Source of the DNA: Chthoniobacteraceae bacterium
Lineage (GTDB): Bacteria; Verrucomicrobiota; Verrucomicrobiia; Chthoniobacterales; Chthoniobacteraceae
DNA length: 28,249 nucleotides
Reading direction: 5' to 3'
Assembly: GCA_031409335.1 (NCBI GenBank)
Contig: JANNWY010000070.1
Location: 1 to 28,249 of the forward strand
The first letter of the stretch is position 1. The number at the start of each line of letters is the position of its first letter. Positions 16,001 to 24,722 of this stretch are shown here, in pieces. The notes under the pieces were generated by a model, which was not told where the DNA came from, made no database searches, and was given only the letters and a program-made list of their open reading frames with translations. A program made the position numbers and the translations under genes.

Positions 16001-18823
16001 CCCCACGACCGCGACCGGTTGGGCCAGCGTCGAAAAGCTCTGCGTCGCACTCACCACCGTCCCCTCCGTATTGGTCGCCACGATCCGATAGCGATAGGCC
16101 GTCCCCTGGACCAATCCCGTCACCGTCGCGCTCACCGGCACCTCGCTGGCACCCGTTAGCGGTGATGGCGTCGCCGCCACTTGATTTGGAAAGCCCTGTC
16201 CGTCCAAGCCCCACTCGAAGATCACGGTCGTGGCGTAGCCTCGTGCGTTCACGAGGCCCTGGAAGCGGGCGCTGGTGGCGAGGACGCTGCTCGGCGCACT
16301 GACCGTGGCGGTCGGGGCCGACAGCGTGGTCAAAAAGTTCGCCACCTGACTGACCGACGTCCCCGCGCTACTTACCGCGCGGAAGCGGTAGTAGTAGCGC
16401 GTGTTGGGGGTCAAAGCCTCCAACGTGGTGCCCACTAGGCGGCTTTGGTAACCGGTCAGATTAGTTGCGACGGGCACGATGTTGGGGAAGTTCACGCCGT
16501 CGGTCCCGTATTCGAGCGCCACGGCGGTCGCCGCACCGCGGGCGTTGACCGTGGCATCGACGACCGCACTGAAGCTCCCCAGGGCCGCGGCATTTGCAAA
16601 GACCAGCGGTGCGCCGGGAAAGAGGAGCCGGTAGATACTGCCATCCGGCCCGGCCGTGGTCCCGTAGAGATTGCCATCGGCTCCGGGAATCAATCCCGCC
16701 GTTGGATTTCCCTCCTCGGGAATGGTGAACTCGACCAGCGTCGTCAGCACCCCGGCGGAGGTCATCTTGAAGACGGTGCCGACGCCATTCGTGCCACCCT
16801 CCGAGGTCGTGCCGTAGAAACTGCCATCGCTGCCCTGGACCAAGCCGGATCGAGGCTGAGCCCCTTTGTTGCTCGCCCCGTTGTCCGTGAACTCCACCAA
16901 GGTCGTCAGCACTCCGGCCGGTGTCATCTTGAAGACGGTGCCACGGTCGGCCGCGCCACCGAATCCGGTCATGCCGTAGAAACTGCCATCGCTGCCCTGG
17001 ACCAAACCAGCGTAAGGATAACTCCCTTTGTTGCTTGCCCCGTCGCCCGTGAACACCACCAAGGTCGTCAGCACTCCGGCCGGTGTCATCTTGAAGACCG
17101 TGCCGAAGCCGGCCGTGCCACCCTCCGAGGTCGTGCCGTAGAAACTTCCATCGCTGCCCTGGACCAAGCCAGCGTAAGAATAACTCCCTTTGTTGCTCGC
17201 CCCATTGCCGGTGAACTCCACCAAGGTCGTCAGCACTCCGTCCGGCGTCATCTTGAAGACCGTGCCGAAGCTGGCCGCGCCACCCTCCGAGGTCGTGCCG
17301 TAGAAATCCCCATCGCTGCCCTGGACCAAGCCAGCTCGAGGATGAGCCCCTTTGTTGCTCGCCCCGTTGCCGCTGAACACCACCAAGGTCGTCAGCACTC
17401 CGTCCGGCGTCATTTTGAAGACCGTGCCGGAGTTGGAGCCACCCTCCAAGGTCGTGCCGTAGAAAGTTCCATCGCTGCCCTGCACCAGACCAGCAAGAGG
17501 AGAACTGCCATTGTTGCTCGCCCCGTTGCCGGTGAACTCCACCAAGGTCGTCAGCACTCCGGCCGGCGTCATCTTGAAGACCGTGCCGGCATTATTCGCG
17601 CCACCCCTAAAGGTCGTGCCGTAGAAACTTCCATCGCTACCCAGCACCAAGTCTGCAGCAGGGGAACTCCCCTTACTGGATGTCCCGCTGCCGGTAAACT
17701 CCACCAAGGTCGTGAGCACGCCGGCCGGTGTCATCTTGAAGACGGTGCCGACGCCATTCACGCCCCCGAAAATGGTCGTGCCGTAGAAACGTCCGTCGCT
17801 GCCTTGGACCAAGCCAGCTTGAGGTTGAGAGCCTCGGTTGCTCGCCCCGTCGCCGGTGAACACCACCAAGGTCGTGAGCACGCCGGCCGGTGTCATCTTG
17901 AAGACCGTGCCGACGCCACCCGCGCTACCGGATTGGGTCGTGCCGTAGAAACTTCCATCGCTGCCTTGGACCAAGCCAGCTTGAGGATTCCTCCCTTTGT
18001 TGGTCGCCCCGTTGCCCGTGAATTCCACCAAGGTTGTGAGCACTCCGGCAGGCGTCATCTTGAAGATCGTGCCGAAGCCGATCGCGCCACCCTGCGAGGT
18101 CGTGCCGTAGAAACTCCCATCGCTGCCCTGGACCAAGCCCGCTTGAGGATTCCTTCCTTTGTCGGTCGCCCCGTTGCCGGTGAACTCCACCAAGGTCGTC
18201 AGCACTCCGGCAGGCGTCATTTTGAAGACCGTGCCGAAGCCGGTTGCACCACCGGTTAGGGTTGTGCCGTAGAAATTTCCATCGCTGCCCTGAATCAAGT
18301 CAGCTCGAGGTTGAGCCCCTTTGTTGCTGGCCCCGTTGCCGGTGAACTCCACCAAAGTCGTGAGCACTCCGGCCAACGTCATCTTGAAGACGGTGCCGGA
18401 ATCGGACGCGCCGCCCAGCGCGGTCGTGCCGTAGAAATTTCCATCGCTGCCCGGGACCAAGCCAGCGAAAGGATAAGCTCCTTTGTTGCTTGCCCCGTCG
18501 CCCGTGAACTCCACCAAAGTCGTCAGCACTCCGGCCGGCGTCATCTTGAAGACTGTGCCGACGCCGTCCGCGCCACCTCCAGAGGTCGTGCCGTAGAAAC
18601 TTCCATCGCTCCCTTGGACCAAATCAGCCACAGGCACACTCCCTTTGTTCGGGGTATTGCCCTGATCGGTGGCACGCGCCGCAGCAAAGCTGTAGATATT
18701 CTCGTACACTTGGGCACAGGCTGGCGGGACGAATCCCGCCGCCCCGAGCGCCACGGCGCAAAGCGCGGCGGCGAGGCGGACGGGGAACAACACGGGGAAC
18801 CGGCGGGGGAAGAGGGTGTTCAT
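13091..18823 (-). CDS. Paralog B: 1910-aa secreted protein (13 GloVer repeats, 3 FN3-like, PEGA-like, trypsin-like domain with His->Gln, Ig-like, conserved C-terminal domain)
   Basis: Signal peptide ending ACA/QVYE; 13 YG(T/M)T repeat cores; TAGQ, HLD and GNSGGP motifs; C-terminus ADFDGDG...ERVKVTD...RYGRLKVTMP. Confidence 0.93.
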   Translation of the reverse strand: MNTLFPRRFPVLFPVRLAAALCAVALGAAGFVPPACAQVYENIYSFAAARATDQGNTPNKGSVPVADLVQGSDGSFYGTTSGGGADGVGTVFKMTPAGVLTTLVEFTGDGASNKGAYPFAGLVPGSDGNFYGTTALGGASDSGTVFKMTLAGVLTTLVEFTGNGASNKGAQPRADLIQGSDGNFYGTTLTGGATGFGTVFKMTPAGVLTTLVEFTGNGATDKGRNPQAGLVQGSDGSFYGTTSQGGAIGFGTIFKMTPAGVLTTLVEFTGNGATNKGRNPQAGLVQGSDGSFYGTTQSGSAGGVGTVFKMTPAGVLTTLVVFTGDGASNRGSQPQAGLVQGSDGRFYGTTIFGGVNGVGTVFKMTPAGVLTTLVEFTGSGTSSKGSSPAADLVLGSDGSFYGTTFRGGANNAGTVFKMTPAGVLTTLVEFTGNGASNNGSSPLAGLVQGSDGTFYGTTLEGGSNSGTVFKMTPDGVLTTLVVFSGNGASNKGAHPRAGLVQGSDGDFYGTTSEGGAASFGTVFKMTPDGVLTTLVEFTGNGASNKGSYSYAGLVQGSDGSFYGTTSEGGTAGFGTVFKMTPAGVLTTLVVFTGDGASNKGSYPYAGLVQGSDGSFYGMTGFGGAADRGTVFKMTPAGVLTTLVEFTDNGASNKGAQPRSGLVQGSDGSFYGTTSEGGTNGVGTVFKMTSAGVLTTLVEFTIPEEGNPTAGLIPGADGNLYGTTAGPDGSIYRLLFPGAPLVFANAAALGSFSAVVDATVNARGAATAVALEYGTDGVNFPNIVPVATNLTGYQSRLVGTTLEALTPNTRYYYRFRAVSSAGTSVSQVANFLTTLSAPTATVSAPSSVLATSARFQGLVNARGYATTVIFEWGLDGQGFPNQVAATPSPLTGASEVPVSATVTGLVQGTAYRYRIVATNTEGTVVSATQSFSTLAQPVAVVGAATAVTDQSARLHGTVEARGTLTAVVFEYGTVPGTYSNTVVAMPATVSGNSPVPVTVNVSGLTPGVTYYYRVKATSAGGVGVSAELPLELDLLSQFAQTFPETPPEALGFVVIDLSPAGIAAGWRFAGEQAWRPSGALAGSLTTGDRTVEFRPVPGYLQPPSENVSVISGGAPVFWSRTYTPTGAVGSGTLTVVLKPDDVADVNMAQAVRAQWRFLGEGDPTDPDDNQSATWRNSGETITGLLAGNYLVECKPVVGRATPPPLNVPLLDGQTVAKTATYIPASTPTGTPPGVLPFETVTASPNLPYGYVGQLRSNVGVGTGFAVRVDPARTGGARVVATAGQVIFDDGALAFATGLQWLFQRDAGAFEPKPLIPRGSYVFDGYAARRTAEAMPGNFSPQSQHLDAGAIYFLEDAARGGFGGYLASDAPDNPFLLSPALKTLVGYPLDGIDAENQGRMHATPVANIHFARVPGTTTVLDPPAPASPYPDGTPFRLYATSEIHSSGGNSGGPLCVQFDDGTYYPAGIFLGGAGQTVVRSIDSELIALFRRAEDSGYDEDPNNTGGGIVQINTPIGGGGFSLASLVVDISPASAVNGGARWRLGTNGTAYTGGTQLTGLTPANYNLVLTAVPGFITPATTSRTLTAGVLSTISVPYNGFTTHPANRTIFAFQDTTFSVAVSGTPNSYQWRFRPPVGATVLIPGATSSSYTLSNADNSDEGEYAVAVTWPNGVILSSFATLTVNPTAQVITFPQPPNRILDDGSFILDAPASSGLAVAFQILSGPATIAGATLTPTGLGTVTVRASQPGSGNYSAAANKIQSFDVLGDNLNAWRTRRFTAAELGNPLISGSLADFDGDGVNTLLEFSLNLDPKLGDRITMTAVTGTRGLPLIRSENVSGQQRLTAEFVRRRAAGSPGIAYSVEFNSVLTNPNGWTTGSTEVVTPIDTTWERVKVTDPQPASTTRYGRLKVTMP
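16640..18650 (-). repeat. Intragenic ~162-bp tandem repeat array (GloVer repeats) of paralog B
   Basis: Recurrent gtgaactccaccaaggtcgtcagcactccggccggtgtcatcttgaagaccgtgcc...gtcgtgccgtagaaacttccatcgctgccctggaccaagcc with ~162-bp period. Confidence 0.9.
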
Positions 18824-18845
18824 AGCGGCTGGACGGTTGACTGGG

Positions 18846-21800
18846 CTACGGCATGGTGACCACGAGGCGACCGTAGCGGACGCTGGGGTTGATTTCCGGG
18901 TCGATGACTTTCACCCGCTCCCAAGTGGCGTCGATCACCGTGGCGGTGCCGGGGCCGCCATCGAGCCAGGCGGCGAGGTCGCCGGAAAACTCCACCCGGT
19001 AGGTGATGCCCGGCTGGCTCGTGGCCCGGCGGCGCACGAATTCCACCGTCACCCGGGCCTGGCTGGCGATGATTTCGCGCTGGATCAGCGGCAGGCCGCG
19101 GGTGCCAGTGTCGGCGAGCATCGTCTCGCGGTCGCTGACCCTCGGGTGAAGGTTGAGGGCGAATTCGAGGAGCGTGTTCAGCCCGTCAGCTTCCACATCG
19201 GCCAGCGGACCGGAAATCAGCGGATCCTCCCGCTCGGTGGCGGTGAAGTATTGGCCGCGCCACTCGTCGAAAACACTCTCGACCTGGAAGGTGCGGTCTT
19301 GGGACGCGGGGAGGTAATTGCTGCTTCCGGGCTGATTCGCGCGCACCGTAATGGTGCCGCCCGCGGTCGGGGTAAGCGTCTTGCCGCTGAGTGTGGCCGG
19401 GCCGGAGACGACTTGGAAGCTCACCGCGAGGCCCGAACTGGCCGTGGCGCTGAGCATGAAAGAGCCCGCACTGACCTGCCGGTCGGCGATCGCGGGGAAA
19501 GCGATCGTCTGGGCGGCGCGGGTGACGGTGAGCGTCGCGTCGGCGCTGGTCACCGCGCCATTCGGCCAGGTCACGACGACGCTGTAGCCGCCTTGCGTGC
19601 TGCTGGTCACACCCGTCCGGACATACGGATTGGTGGTGGCACCGCTGATGTTGGCGCCGTTGCGCCGCCATTGGTAGCCGGTGGGCGTGCCGGAAACGCC
19701 GACGCTGAAGGTGGCGCTGGTAAAGGCGGTGACGGTGCGATCCTGCGGCTGGGTGGTGATGCCGTTATAGTGCAGGGTGATCGTGGAAAGCATGGCTGCC
19801 GTCAGCGTCCGGACCCGATCGCCGGGTGGCAGGAAATACGGGACATCGGTGAATTTCAGGGTGTGCGCTCCGGGCATCAGACTATCGAGTTGCGTCCCGT
19901 TCGGGTGGATCGTCGCGTCAGCATCCAGCTTCCAGGCCGCGCTCGCGGGCGTCAGATTCACCTTCAACGACGCCAGCGAAGGATCCCCACTGCTCAGCGT
20001 ATCGTCCTGCGTGAGGCCCCCGCCGGGGTTGTTCGGATCGTCGTCAAAGCCGCTGTTCTCGGCGCGGCGGAAAAGGGCGATCAAGGCGCTGTCGATGGAG
20101 CGCACGACGGTCTGCCCCGCGCCGCCGAGGAAAATGCCCGCCGGGTAATAGGCCCCGTCGTCAAACTGCACGCACAAGGGTCCACCCGAATTTCCGCCCG
20201 CGGAGCGGATCTCGGTCGTCGCGTAGAGTCGGAGAGGCGAGCCGTTGGGGTAGGGTGAGGGTGGGTCAAGAGCCGTGGTTGTGCCCGGCACGCGCGCGAA
20301 GTGGACGTTGGCCAGCGGGGTCGCGTGCATCTTGCCCTGGTTCGCGGCGACGATGCCATCCACGGGATAGCCCACCAGCGTCTTGAGCGCGGACGAGAGC
20401 AGGAATGGATTGTCCGGCGCGTCGCTGGCGAGATACCCGCCGAAGCCCCCGCGCGCGGCGTCTTCCAGGAAATAGATCGCCCCCGCGTCGAGGTGCTGCG
20501 ACTGCCGTGTGGAAATGCCGGGCGTCGCCTCTGCGGTGCGCCGCGCCGCGTAGCCGTCGAAAACGTAGGAGCCGCGCGGGATGAGCGGCACCGGCTCGAA
20601 GGTGCCGCGATCGCGCTGGAAGAGCCATTGCAGCCCCGTCGCAAAAGCCAAAGCGCCGTCGTCGAAAACCACATGCCCGGCGGTGGCAACCACGCGCGCC
20701 CCACCCGTCCGCGCCAGATCGACCCGCACCGCGAAGCCCGTGCCCGCGCCCACATCGCTGCGGAGCTGGCCCACGTATCCGTAGGGCAGATTCGTGCCCG
20801 CCGAGACGGTCGCAAACGGCAGCACCCCCGGCGGTGTCCCGGTCGGCTCACTGGCCAGGAAATACGTCGCCGTCCTCGTGGCCGTCTGCCCGTCCAGCAC
20901 CGGCACATTCAGTGGTGCCGGCGTGGCCCGGCCGATCACCGGCTTGCATTCCACGAGGTAGTTGCCGGGCAGCAGCGCCGTGACCATTTCTCCGCTATTC
21001 CGCCAGGTCGCCGATTGATTGTCGTCCGGATCGGTCGGATCGCCCTCGCCGAGGAAGCGCCACTGCGCCCGCACTGCCTGCGTCACGTTCACGTCGGCGA
21101 CATCGTCCGGTTTCAAAATCACCGTCAGCGTGCCAGACCCGACCACGCCGGTCGGAGTATAGGTGCGACTCAAAACCACGGGCGCCCCGCCGCTGAGCAC
21201 AGTCACATTCTCCCGCGGCGGCGCGAGGTAGCCCCGCACCGTCCGATACTCCACCGGGCGAACTCCGGTCGTCAGCCCACCCACCGGCAGCCCCGAAGCC
21301 CGCCAGGCCTGCTCCCCCGCAAAGCGCCAGCCTGCGGCGATCCCCGCGGGACTCAGATTGATCGCGACAAAGCCCAGCGCCGCCGGCGGCACGCCCGGAA
21401 ACGTCTGCGCAAATTGCGAAAGCAGATCGGGCGAAAACGTCCCGACCGCACTCACCCCAATCCCGCCCAGACTGGTGCCTTTCACCCGGTAGGAATAAAT
21501 CGCGTCCGGCGTCAACCCGCTCAAATCCACGCTCACCGGCACCGGCGAATCTCCGCTCACCGTCGCGGGCGTGGCCGCCACGCTGTTCGGAAAAGTGACG
21601 CCATCGGTCCCATACTCAAAGACCACCGAAGTCAGTGTCCCCCGCGCATCGACCGTCCCGTGGAGCCGCGCACTCTGCGCCATCACCGCCGTCGCCGCCC
21701 CCACCACCGCCACCGGTTCGGCCAGCGTCGAAAAACTCTGCGCTGCACTCACCGTCGTCCCGCCCGCATTGGTCGCCACGATCCGATAGTGATAATCCGT

Positions 21801-24641
21801 CCCCTGGGCCAACCCCGCCACCGTCGCACTGACCGCGACTTCGCTGGCTCCCGTCACCATCGCCGGCACCGCCGCCACTTGATTCGGAAAGCCGCTCCCA
21901 TCCACCCCCCACTCGAAGATGACCGTCGCGTCATAGCTCCGCGCGTTCACGAGGCCGTGGAATCGGGCGCTGGTGGCGAGAACCTCGCTGGCCGCACTGA
22001 CCGTGGCCGTCGCCGCCAACGCCGCCGTCGAAAAGCTCGCCACGGGGCTGACCGTCGTCCCCGCGCTGCTCACCGCGCGGAAGCGATAGTAGTAGAGCGT
22101 GCTCGGGGCCAAAGCTACCAGCGTCGTGCCCACCAGTCTCGTTTGAAAGCCGGTCAAATTGGACGCGACAGGCACGGTATTGGGAAAATTCTGGCCATCG
22201 TTCCCGTATTCGAGAGCCACGGCGGTCGCCGCCCCGCGGGCATTGGCCCTGGCCTCGACGAGAGCGCTAAAGCTCCCTGGGAGCGCCCCCTTTGCAAAGA
22301 CCAGCGGCGCCCCGGGAAAGATGAGCCGATAGATACTGCCATCCGGCCCGCTCGCGGTCCCGTAAAGATTGCCATCGGTTGCTGGGATCAAGTCCCCCCG
22401 AGGACGTCCTTCGTCCGCAAGCGTGAACTCCACCAGCGTCGTCAGAACCCCAGCCGGCGACATCTGGAAGACCGTGCCGTAGCCGGATGCACCACCCAGA
22501 GCGGTCGTGCCGTAGAAATTCCCGTCGCTGCCCTGCACCACGCCAGCAAGAGGATTGGCACCCTTGTTGGTCAGGCCGTTGCCCGTGAACTCCACTAAGG
22601 TCGTCAGAACCCCGATTGGCGTCATCCGGAAGACCGTGCCGAGGTTGAAGGCACCACCCACAACGGTCGTGCCGTAGAAATTCCCATCGCTGCCTTGCAC
22701 CAAGCTGGCGGGAGGATAACTGCCCTTGTTGGTTGCCCCGTTGCCCGTGAACTCCACGAGAGGCGTCAGCACTCCGGCGGGCGTCATCTTGAAGACCGTG
22801 CCATGATTCGATGGGCCGCCGCCACTGGAAGTGGTGCCGTAAAAATTTCCATCGTTGGCCAGCACCAGGCCGGCTCCCGGATAAAAGCCCTGATTTGACC
22901 CGATTACCTGCGAAAACGCCACTAGGGTCGTCAGCTCCCCGGCGGGCGTCAGTTTGAAGACCGTGCCGCGGCCGAACGCGCCACCAAAGAAGGTGGTGCC
23001 GAAGAAGTTCCCAACGCCGTCCTGGACCAAGGCCCCGTAAGGCTGCTCCCCGTTGCTGACATTGAACGTCACCAGGGTCGTCAGCACCCCGTCGGGCGTG
23101 ATCTTGAAGACTGTGCCATGACCGGCCCCGCCAAGCCGGGTTGTGCCGTAGAGGTTACCATCGGCGGCGCGCAGCACACCGGCCGGAGGTTGTTCTCCAT
23201 TGCTGCCGGTGAACCCTGCCAGGGTGGTTAGTGCCCCGATGGGCGTCATCTTAAAGACGGTGCCGCGGCCATTCGGGCCACCGCTCGAGGTCGTGCCGTA
23301 GAGATTTCCCTCGTTGTCCTGCGCCATGCGACCTTCAGGGCTACGGCCTTCAATAGACGTCCCGTTGCCCGCGAACGCCACCAGGGTGGTTAGCACTCCG
23401 GCGGGCGTGATCTTGAAGACCGTGCCATGACCACCCGTTTCACCGCCTGAAGTTGTGCCGTAAAAGCTCCCGTCGCTCCCCTGCACCAAGCCGCCATAAG
23501 GCGCATTGCCACCGGCGAAATCCGAATCCCCCAAAGTCGTCAGGGCACCGGCAGACGTCATCTTGAAGACCGTGCCGAGGCCGAAAGCTCCACCGCTGGA
23601 GGTTGTGCCGTAGAAGCTCCCATCGCTGCCCTGGACGAAACCAGCAACAGGCCGACTCCCGTTGTTGACCTCGAACTCGACCAAGGTCGTCAGCAGCCCG
23701 GCGGACGTGATCTTGAAGACCGTGCCGTAGTCGGACGCGCCGCCATATTCGGTCGTGCCGTAGAAGATTCCGTCGCTGCCCTGCACCAGGCCAGCTTGAG
23801 GATAAGCCCCTTTGTTGCTCCCCCCGCTGCCCGTGAACCCCACCAAGGTCGTCAGCACGCCGGCCGGCGTCATCTTGAAGACCGTGCCGTAATCGGACGC
23901 GCCACCCTGCGAGGTCGTGCCGTAAAAGTTTCCATCGCTGCCCTCGACCACGCCACCGGAAGGGTAGGCCCCGTTGCTATACGTGAACTCCACCAGAGTC
24001 GTCAATACCCCGGCCGGCGTCATCTTGAAGACCGTGCCGATGCTGGGTGTGGCGCCACCGCCACTCGCGGGGAGACTGGAGGTCGTGCCGTAGAAATTCC
24101 CATCGCTGCCTTTAATCAGAGTAGCACGAGGAGAGGCGCCATTGTTGGTCATTCCGTTGTCCGTGAACTCGACCAGTGTCGTCAGCACTCCTGCCGGCGT
24201 GATCCGAAAGACCGTGCCGAGGTTTTGTGAGCCACCTTCGAGAGTCGTGCCGTAGAAATTCCCGTCGCTGCCCTGTGCCAAGACACCATGAGGATAGCGT
24301 CCCTTGTTGGTCGGCCCGTTGCCCGTGAACTCCACCAGATTCGTCAACACCCCGGCGGAGGTCATCCTGAAGACCGTCCCGTTATTGGCAGACTGTCCAG
24401 TGGGGTCATAACCGAAGGTCGTGCCGTAGAAATTCCCATCGCCACCCAGCACCAAACCAGCCACAGGGCGACTTCCCCGGTTCGGGCTATTGACCTGATC
24501 CTCGCTCCGAGCATCAGCAAAGCTGAACAGCCTCTCATACACCTGCCCGTTCGTGGCGGGGGCCGAAGCTGAAAGGCACAGGCCGAGGACTAGAACGATC
24601 TGATTGAGGATCGCTCTCAGGGGGAAAAGATTCCGACTCAT
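18846..24641 (-). CDS. Paralog C: 1931-aa secreted protein (14 GloVer repeats, 3 FN3-like, PEGA-like, trypsin-like serine protease, Ig-like, conserved C-terminal domain)
   Basis: Signal peptide ending ATNG/QVYE; 14 repeat cores; intact TAGH (20673-20675), HLD and GNSGGP; C-terminus RYGRLVVTMP. Confidence 0.93.
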   Translation of the reverse strand: MSRNLFPLRAILNQIVLVLGLCLSASAPATNGQVYERLFSFADARSEDQVNSPNRGSRPVAGLVLGGDGNFYGTTFGYDPTGQSANNGTVFRMTSAGVLTNLVEFTGNGPTNKGRYPHGVLAQGSDGNFYGTTLEGGSQNLGTVFRITPAGVLTTLVEFTDNGMTNNGASPRATLIKGSDGNFYGTTSSLPASGGGATPSIGTVFKMTPAGVLTTLVEFTYSNGAYPSGGVVEGSDGNFYGTTSQGGASDYGTVFKMTPAGVLTTLVGFTGSGGSNKGAYPQAGLVQGSDGIFYGTTEYGGASDYGTVFKITSAGLLTTLVEFEVNNGSRPVAGFVQGSDGSFYGTTSSGGAFGLGTVFKMTSAGALTTLGDSDFAGGNAPYGGLVQGSDGSFYGTTSGGETGGHGTVFKITPAGVLTTLVAFAGNGTSIEGRSPEGRMAQDNEGNLYGTTSSGGPNGRGTVFKMTPIGALTTLAGFTGSNGEQPPAGVLRAADGNLYGTTRLGGAGHGTVFKITPDGVLTTLVTFNVSNGEQPYGALVQDGVGNFFGTTFFGGAFGRGTVFKLTPAGELTTLVAFSQVIGSNQGFYPGAGLVLANDGNFYGTTSSGGGPSNHGTVFKMTPAGVLTPLVEFTGNGATNKGSYPPASLVQGSDGNFYGTTVVGGAFNLGTVFRMTPIGVLTTLVEFTGNGLTNKGANPLAGVVQGSDGNFYGTTALGGASGYGTVFQMSPAGVLTTLVEFTLADEGRPRGDLIPATDGNLYGTASGPDGSIYRLIFPGAPLVFAKGALPGSFSALVEARANARGAATAVALEYGNDGQNFPNTVPVASNLTGFQTRLVGTTLVALAPSTLYYYRFRAVSSAGTTVSPVASFSTAALAATATVSAASEVLATSARFHGLVNARSYDATVIFEWGVDGSGFPNQVAAVPAMVTGASEVAVSATVAGLAQGTDYHYRIVATNAGGTTVSAAQSFSTLAEPVAVVGAATAVMAQSARLHGTVDARGTLTSVVFEYGTDGVTFPNSVAATPATVSGDSPVPVSVDLSGLTPDAIYSYRVKGTSLGGIGVSAVGTFSPDLLSQFAQTFPGVPPAALGFVAINLSPAGIAAGWRFAGEQAWRASGLPVGGLTTGVRPVEYRTVRGYLAPPRENVTVLSGGAPVVLSRTYTPTGVVGSGTLTVILKPDDVADVNVTQAVRAQWRFLGEGDPTDPDDNQSATWRNSGEMVTALLPGNYLVECKPVIGRATPAPLNVPVLDGQTATRTATYFLASEPTGTPPGVLPFATVSAGTNLPYGYVGQLRSDVGAGTGFAVRVDLARTGGARVVATAGHVVFDDGALAFATGLQWLFQRDRGTFEPVPLIPRGSYVFDGYAARRTAEATPGISTRQSQHLDAGAIYFLEDAARGGFGGYLASDAPDNPFLLSSALKTLVGYPVDGIVAANQGKMHATPLANVHFARVPGTTTALDPPSPYPNGSPLRLYATTEIRSAGGNSGGPLCVQFDDGAYYPAGIFLGGAGQTVVRSIDSALIALFRRAENSGFDDDPNNPGGGLTQDDTLSSGDPSLASLKVNLTPASAAWKLDADATIHPNGTQLDSLMPGAHTLKFTDVPYFLPPGDRVRTLTAAMLSTITLHYNGITTQPQDRTVTAFTSATFSVGVSGTPTGYQWRRNGANISGATTNPYVRTGVTSSTQGGYSVVVTWPNGAVTSADATLTVTRAAQTIAFPAIADRQVSAGSFMLSATASSGLAVSFQVVSGPATLSGKTLTPTAGGTITVRANQPGSSNYLPASQDRTFQVESVFDEWRGQYFTATEREDPLISGPLADVEADGLNTLLEFALNLHPRVSDRETMLADTGTRGLPLIQREIIASQARVTVEFVRRRATSQPGITYRVEFSGDLAAWLDGGPGTATVIDATWERVKVIDPEINPSVRYGRLVVTMP
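22340..24480 (-). repeat. Intragenic GloVer repeat array of paralog C
   Basis: Same repeat unit as in B but more diverged; 14 copies. Confidence 0.88.
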
Positions 24642-24722
24642 AAGTTTTGTCTCCGGGTTTGGGATTTGTGTCGGCAGCTCTTCCTCTCACTTTGCACGTC
24701 CCGCGAAAAACTCGTCGCGCGC

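Noticed and set aside
16640..18650. Regular repeats with variable interiors as a CRISPR array
   Set aside because: The ~162-bp units are in-frame protein repeats inside a CDS, and there are no cas genes.
2060..24480. Diversity-generating retroelement behind the repeat variability
   Set aside because: No reverse transcriptase in the window, and I saw no template/variable pair differing only at adenines.
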